Positions 14,792-18,516 of a stretch of DNA of 18,516 bases are shown piece after piece. Origin of the DNA: a bacterium (GTDB lineage: Bacteria; Zhuqueibacterota; Zhuqueibacteria; Oceanimicrobiales; Oceanimicrobiaceae); assembly GCA_046757165.1 (NCBI GenBank), contig JBHHXT010000092.1, positions 1-18,516 on the forward strand, in the 5' to 3' direction. Below the pieces are notes generated by a model that had not been told where the DNA came from, made no database searches, and was given only the letters and a program-made list of their open reading frames with translations. Position 1 is the stretch's first letter. The number at the start of each line of letters is the position of its first letter. The position numbers and the translations under genes were made by a program.

Positions 14792-16297
14792 CTATTCTGT
14801 GATCTTGCCATAAACCTTGCTGAAATATTTTTGCAGTCTGTCCAGCGGTAGAATGGCTGGTGCTGCTTGCCGGCCCGGAAAATGACGCTTGAAGACCATC
14901 ATGTTCAGGTGGTCGACTGAAAGCGTGTCCAGGACGGGCTTGTTCACCTCGATGTTGAATTTGTCAACGGCGCCCGACAGATAGTCGTCCAGCGCCATGA
15001 CCCGCTCGCTCTTAGATGGATGATCTTTCGCTGCGCTGCCATCTGAACCGTTTGCCGAGCTGGAAGAGCGAGACCGCTCGGCCACGGAAGCGATGATCTC
15101 GAGTCGCATCTGGTCCGCAAGATAGCTGTCCATCCAGGTTTGAACCTCTTCCCTGACATAAGCAGATTTATCGAGACCGCGGCGAATCCCCTCGCGGGCA
15201 ACATACTCTTGCTCCATCATCGTGATAGCCATGTTCCTGAGACTGGCACGAAAGAGCCCTCTTGAGGCATAATTCAACGGGTAGGGGCCGTGGCGTAAAT
15301 TGCGCAGAAAATCTGCGATCGTCCAGAGCGAGCCATCGTCAAAAGTGATAAACGTCTCATCGAGCCGATTTTCCAGGCTGTAACTGGCCCGCAGATACGT
15401 ATCTTCAGACATCAGGATGGGCCTGAAATGCGTTGTGTCTGTCGCAGTTGCAGGCGGGATATCCAGGACTTGCTCGAGTTGCTCGGCGATAGCCCTCAGC
15501 CTGGCAGCGGGGACCCGGGTTCTCTTGCCCGACATCAAATTCCTGAAAAAGGCATCGTAGATTTGCCTCTTTTTGAGCCTTTCAATCTTGCTTTTGATTT
15601 GGGGCTGCAAGGTCAACAGGTCGTCCCGGGAAGGGAAACTGAGCTGTTCGCTTGCGATTTTGAAGAGATAGTAGTGTTTCTTGAACAGGACTGGTTGGGA
15701 AGTTTGCCCCACTTTTAGATTCCACAGCACCTCCTCCACCTCAGGCTCACTGTCTCCCCATTTGATGCTGTAGGTGGAAGCCTGCTGGAGGTTTTCTTCG
15801 GGCTGTCCGCTCCCGTTGAGCAGGGACTTGGAGGCGTCGAGTTTGCGCTTCACCAGTTCCGCCTCCTCCCTGGTGTCAAAAATCAGCTCTTGCACTTCGA
15901 GCACTCTCTGCGATTTCCTGAGCCCCTCCTGAATCTCCTCCGGACTCACCGCCACATTTGAGAAGAGGTCGTTGAGTAGTTTTTCGATCACCGCCTCTTT
16001 TTTCAATTGCGTGTAGATCGCGCTGAATCTATCGGTTTGGTCCAGCCCTCTGGCAACCGCTTCTTCAGCAAGCATTTTTTCGCCGATCAGAGAGGCCAAG
16101 ACGAGAATCCGGGTCTGTGGGTCTGCGCTGGGAAACTGGGCAAAATAGGGCGTGAGCGCAAACCGGGCTCTGAACTCCTCGACAGTGATGTCATGGCTCC
16201 CCACCCGGGCGAGGATGTTCTGCTCAGCGCCACGGTCACAGGCCAGAGAGACAACCATCCATGAAAGAAAGATGGAGATACACGCTTTTCTACTCAA
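14792..16297 (-). CDS. PrsA/SurA-like foldase lipoprotein with degenerate PpiC (parvulin) domain
   Basis: Lipobox VSLA-C; ILARVGSHDITVEEF, LIGEKMLAEEAVARGLD and VSPEEI (SurA/PrsA N-domain pattern); LKVGQTSQPV...YYLFKI (parvulin C-terminal pattern). The TTG start overlaps the upstream gene by 8 nt. Confidence 0.75.
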   Translation of the reverse strand: MSRKACISIFLSWMVVSLACDRGAEQNILARVGSHDITVEEFRARFALTPYFAQFPSADPQTRILVLASLIGEKMLAEEAVARGLDQTDRFSAIYTQLKKEAVIEKLLNDLFSNVAVSPEEIQEGLRKSQRVLEVQELIFDTREEAELVKRKLDASKSLLNGSGQPEENLQQASTYSIKWGDSEPEVEEVLWNLKVGQTSQPVLFKKHYYLFKIASEQLSFPSRDDLLTLQPQIKSKIERLKKRQIYDAFFRNLMSGKRTRVPAARLRAIAEQLEQVLDIPPATATDTTHFRPILMSEDTYLRASYSLENRLDETFITFDDGSLWTIADFLRNLRHGPYPLNYASRGLFRASLRNMAITMMEQEYVAREGIRRGLDKSAYVREEVQTWMDSYLADQMRLEIIASVAERSRSSSSANGSDGSAAKDHPSKSERVMALDDYLSGAVDKFNIEVNKPVLDTLSVDHLNMMVFKRHFPGRQAAPAILPLDRLQKYFSKVYGKITE

Positions 16298-18389
16298 GGG
16301 TTGCGCTTCCTTTCAGTTTCTGCCAGAGCTCCCGGGCACCAGGCTCGTCCGGATGGTAAGTGAGCAACGTCCGGCAGTGTTGGACGGCCTGCGAATAGTT
16401 CCCCTTCATCGCAAAAGCAACGGCGATATTGTAGAGCGTCTCCGGATCGGTGGCCATTGTGTCCAGCGCCTTCTGCAAGTAAGGAATGCCTTTGTCCGGA
16501 TTGCCCTCGTTGACGAAAATCGAGCCGATCCACTTGTTGGCGACGGCGGATTCTTCGATTTTGAGGGATCGCAAAAAAATGTTTCGCGCCTGCGGGTAGC
16601 GCTTGAGCTCGAGATAGACGAGGCCCAGCCTTAAATAAGATGACACATTGTATGGCGTGCCCTTGATGAGAGCGCGATATTCGGCCGCTGCTTTTTCCAG
16701 GTCATGGTTCCGGGCATAATGTTCTGCCAGGTCGAAATGCCCGAGCTCCCAGCTCTTTTTGCCGGTCGCAATGGCAAGGGCCACCTCCTGAACTTTGTTG
16801 GTGGCAACGTAGGTCCGGGCTTCATTCGGCGCGTGCGCAGGCTTAAACGGCCAGCCGGACATGAGTATTTGCGTTTTGATGGTGGCGACCTCATGGTCGA
16901 GTGGCGTGAGCGCCAGCATCTGCCTGTATTCGGCCTCAGTCCTTTTCTTTGTTGAATCCAGGCGCGCCGGCAGGAATCCGTTCTTCTCCATCGCCTCGTA
17001 AAAGGATTTTGCCATCAGGAAGTAGCCGTCCAGATTAGGATGCAAATGTTCAACCATCAGGTTGTGGCCGATCAAAGAATGTGGTGACCGGGCTTCAAAA
17101 ATGGCTTTCATTTTGATAACCGGCACTTGCCACTTATCTGCGACTTCACGGATTGTTTGATTGAACTCCTCGCTGGCGCGGAAACGGAGTGCATCCAGGT
17201 CTTTCGCTCTGTAGTATGATTCTTTCGCCTGATCAAATTTTCCCAGAGATTCAAGACAGCGAGCCATCTGATAATGGAGAAAGGCGACGCCATCATCCAG
17301 TTCGGCGGCCTGTCGAAACGAGCTCAATGCTTGCGTAAACATTTCCTGGTCTAGGAAGCGCTTGGCCTGCTGGTAGTGTCTGTTCCATGCTTGCCGGTCC
17401 ACCCCGTCTTTGAAGACAGACTCGAATGGGGCCTGATCCCGAACATTGCTGGCCAGCTCGCTGACCAAAACCGGAATCCTGTGTTCCAGGGCAATCCTGA
17501 AGATGTCCGCCAAATTCTCGCGAAAGATTTCTCTCGCCCGCGCGTATTCGGCGCTGCCATAGGCAATTTGCTTGCGGCGCACCATTTGCTCCATGAGGGT
17601 GGCCTTTGCCGGCACGCCAGCATCGCTGCCGGGATGCAATTCTGCTTTTGCCCACCCAACGACGGTTCGTGTCAGGTAGACGATCTTGAGATGTTGCAGC
17701 TCGAGAAACAGATTCACGAACCAGCGGAATTGCCCCAAAACCTCCGTCGAGCCGATGCCTAACGCGCCATAGAATTCATTATGGCCCGCGTAGATGAGAA
17801 AGATATCCGGCTCGTACTCGACGACCTCATCCACCATGTCCCGAAGTGAAAAAGAATTGATCGCCGGCATGGCCAGATTGACGACTTCGACGTGGGCTCC
17901 AGGTAAGACATCCTCCAGCCGGGTTCTGAGCATTCTGGAGAACGCGCCGTTGTGCAAATAAGGATAACCGGCAGCAGTGGATGCGCCGAGAACAACGACG
18001 CGGTAGCCGTTTTCAGGTTTCACCTTCAGCATGGCGTCATAGGAAGTCGCTGGCTTCACCTGCTTGACATAGAAATATCTTTTGCCGACCGACGGATTGA
18101 TCACCCAGTATTTGGCGTCATTCTCGAACGTCTTGAAGATGTCCAGATTCGGGCCGTAGCTGAACAGTCGCAGCACGAGCTCAACCGCCGACAGAAGCAG
18201 AAAGGGAAACAGAACGAGTATGAGTTTGAAAACCCGCTCTTTTCGTTGGCTCAAAGGCGGCTTCAGGGTCTCCAGATATGCCGCGACGACCTTCTCATCA
18301 ACGTGTAGCCGGCTGGCCAATTCTGCCGACGTGCTGGTCCGGCGATTCTTCTCGATGATGTGTTTTTGCTTCTTTGTCAAGCTTTTCAT
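16290..18389 (-). CDS. Membrane-anchored SGNH/GDSL-hydrolase-fold protein with tetratricopeptide repeats
   Basis: TM helix FKLILVLFPFLLLSAVELVLRLF; block I VVVLGASTAAG, block II EVVNLA, block III IYAGHNE and block V EHLHPN; TPR-like helices at about aa 330-400 and aa 550-695. Confidence 0.85.
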   Translation of the reverse strand: MKSLTKKQKHIIEKNRRTSTSAELASRLHVDEKVVAAYLETLKPPLSQRKERVFKLILVLFPFLLLSAVELVLRLFSYGPNLDIFKTFENDAKYWVINPSVGKRYFYVKQVKPATSYDAMLKVKPENGYRVVVLGASTAAGYPYLHNGAFSRMLRTRLEDVLPGAHVEVVNLAMPAINSFSLRDMVDEVVEYEPDIFLIYAGHNEFYGALGIGSTEVLGQFRWFVNLFLELQHLKIVYLTRTVVGWAKAELHPGSDAGVPAKATLMEQMVRRKQIAYGSAEYARAREIFRENLADIFRIALEHRIPVLVSELASNVRDQAPFESVFKDGVDRQAWNRHYQQAKRFLDQEMFTQALSSFRQAAELDDGVAFLHYQMARCLESLGKFDQAKESYYRAKDLDALRFRASEEFNQTIREVADKWQVPVIKMKAIFEARSPHSLIGHNLMVEHLHPNLDGYFLMAKSFYEAMEKNGFLPARLDSTKKRTEAEYRQMLALTPLDHEVATIKTQILMSGWPFKPAHAPNEARTYVATNKVQEVALAIATGKKSWELGHFDLAEHYARNHDLEKAAAEYRALIKGTPYNVSSYLRLGLVYLELKRYPQARNIFLRSLKIEESAVANKWIGSIFVNEGNPDKGIPYLQKALDTMATDPETLYNIAVAFAMKGNYSQAVQHCRTLLTYHPDEPGARELWQKLKGSATLE

Positions 18390-18412
18390 GGGTTCTGTGA
18401 ATCACTAACTGC

Positions 18413-18476
18413 AGTGATGGAGTATTGGAGTGATGGAGCATTGGCTGGCCGACCATCCATCACTCCATTACTCCAT
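18413..18476. repeat. Octamer tandem repeat forming a long hairpin (REP-like palindromic element)
   Basis: Four units agtgatgg/agtattgg/agtgatgg/agcattgg (18413-18444); 18417-18437 pairs with 18456-18476 at 20/21. Confidence 0.85.
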
Positions 18477-18502
18477 TTCTTGCAAGCGTACTCTTGCAGG
18501 AA
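18477..18502. promoter_or_regulatory. Short palindrome, possible operator or hairpin
   Basis: TGCAAG-N6-CTTGCA core (18481-18498), extendable to 9/10 paired positions; about 90 bp upstream of the 18389 start codon. Confidence 0.3.
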
Positions 18503-18516
18503 AACCAGAAGCTGCT

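Noticed and set aside
1..18516. CRISPR array, tRNA/rRNA, transposase, integrase or defence genes
   Set aside because: No repeat-spacer periodicity (the repeats are coding or hairpin-type), and no RNA-gene or mobile-element signatures were seen

Overview
All credible genes lie on the minus strand. From right to left, a tightly packed seven-gene run (18389 to 3947) encodes an SGNH/GDSL-TPR membrane protein, a degenerate parvulin-type foldase lipoprotein, a sodium:solute symporter, three GH13 enzymes and a GH57 4-alpha-glucanotransferase/amylase. Two of the GH13 enzymes are predicted lipoproteins and one is secreted with a YPNPFNP-type C-terminal sorting domain. Together these look like an alpha-glucan (starch/glycogen/maltodextrin) utilisation locus. 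After an AT-rich palindromic spacer comes a NodU/CmcH-type carbamoyltransferase with SxtJ-like and SxtK/DUF5989-like small membrane proteins; the SxtK-like gene is missing from the ORF track. The 530-bp gap at 722-1252 holds a candidate sigma-54 promoter, two tandem enhancer-like palindromes and a long strand-specific RNA hairpin. These precede a Ser/Pro-linker lipoprotein that runs off the left edge and is also absent from the ORF track. Gene content suggests an FCB-superphylum-related diderm such as KSB1 or Calditrichota (inference only). Family assignments come from reading motifs by eye; no database searches were run.
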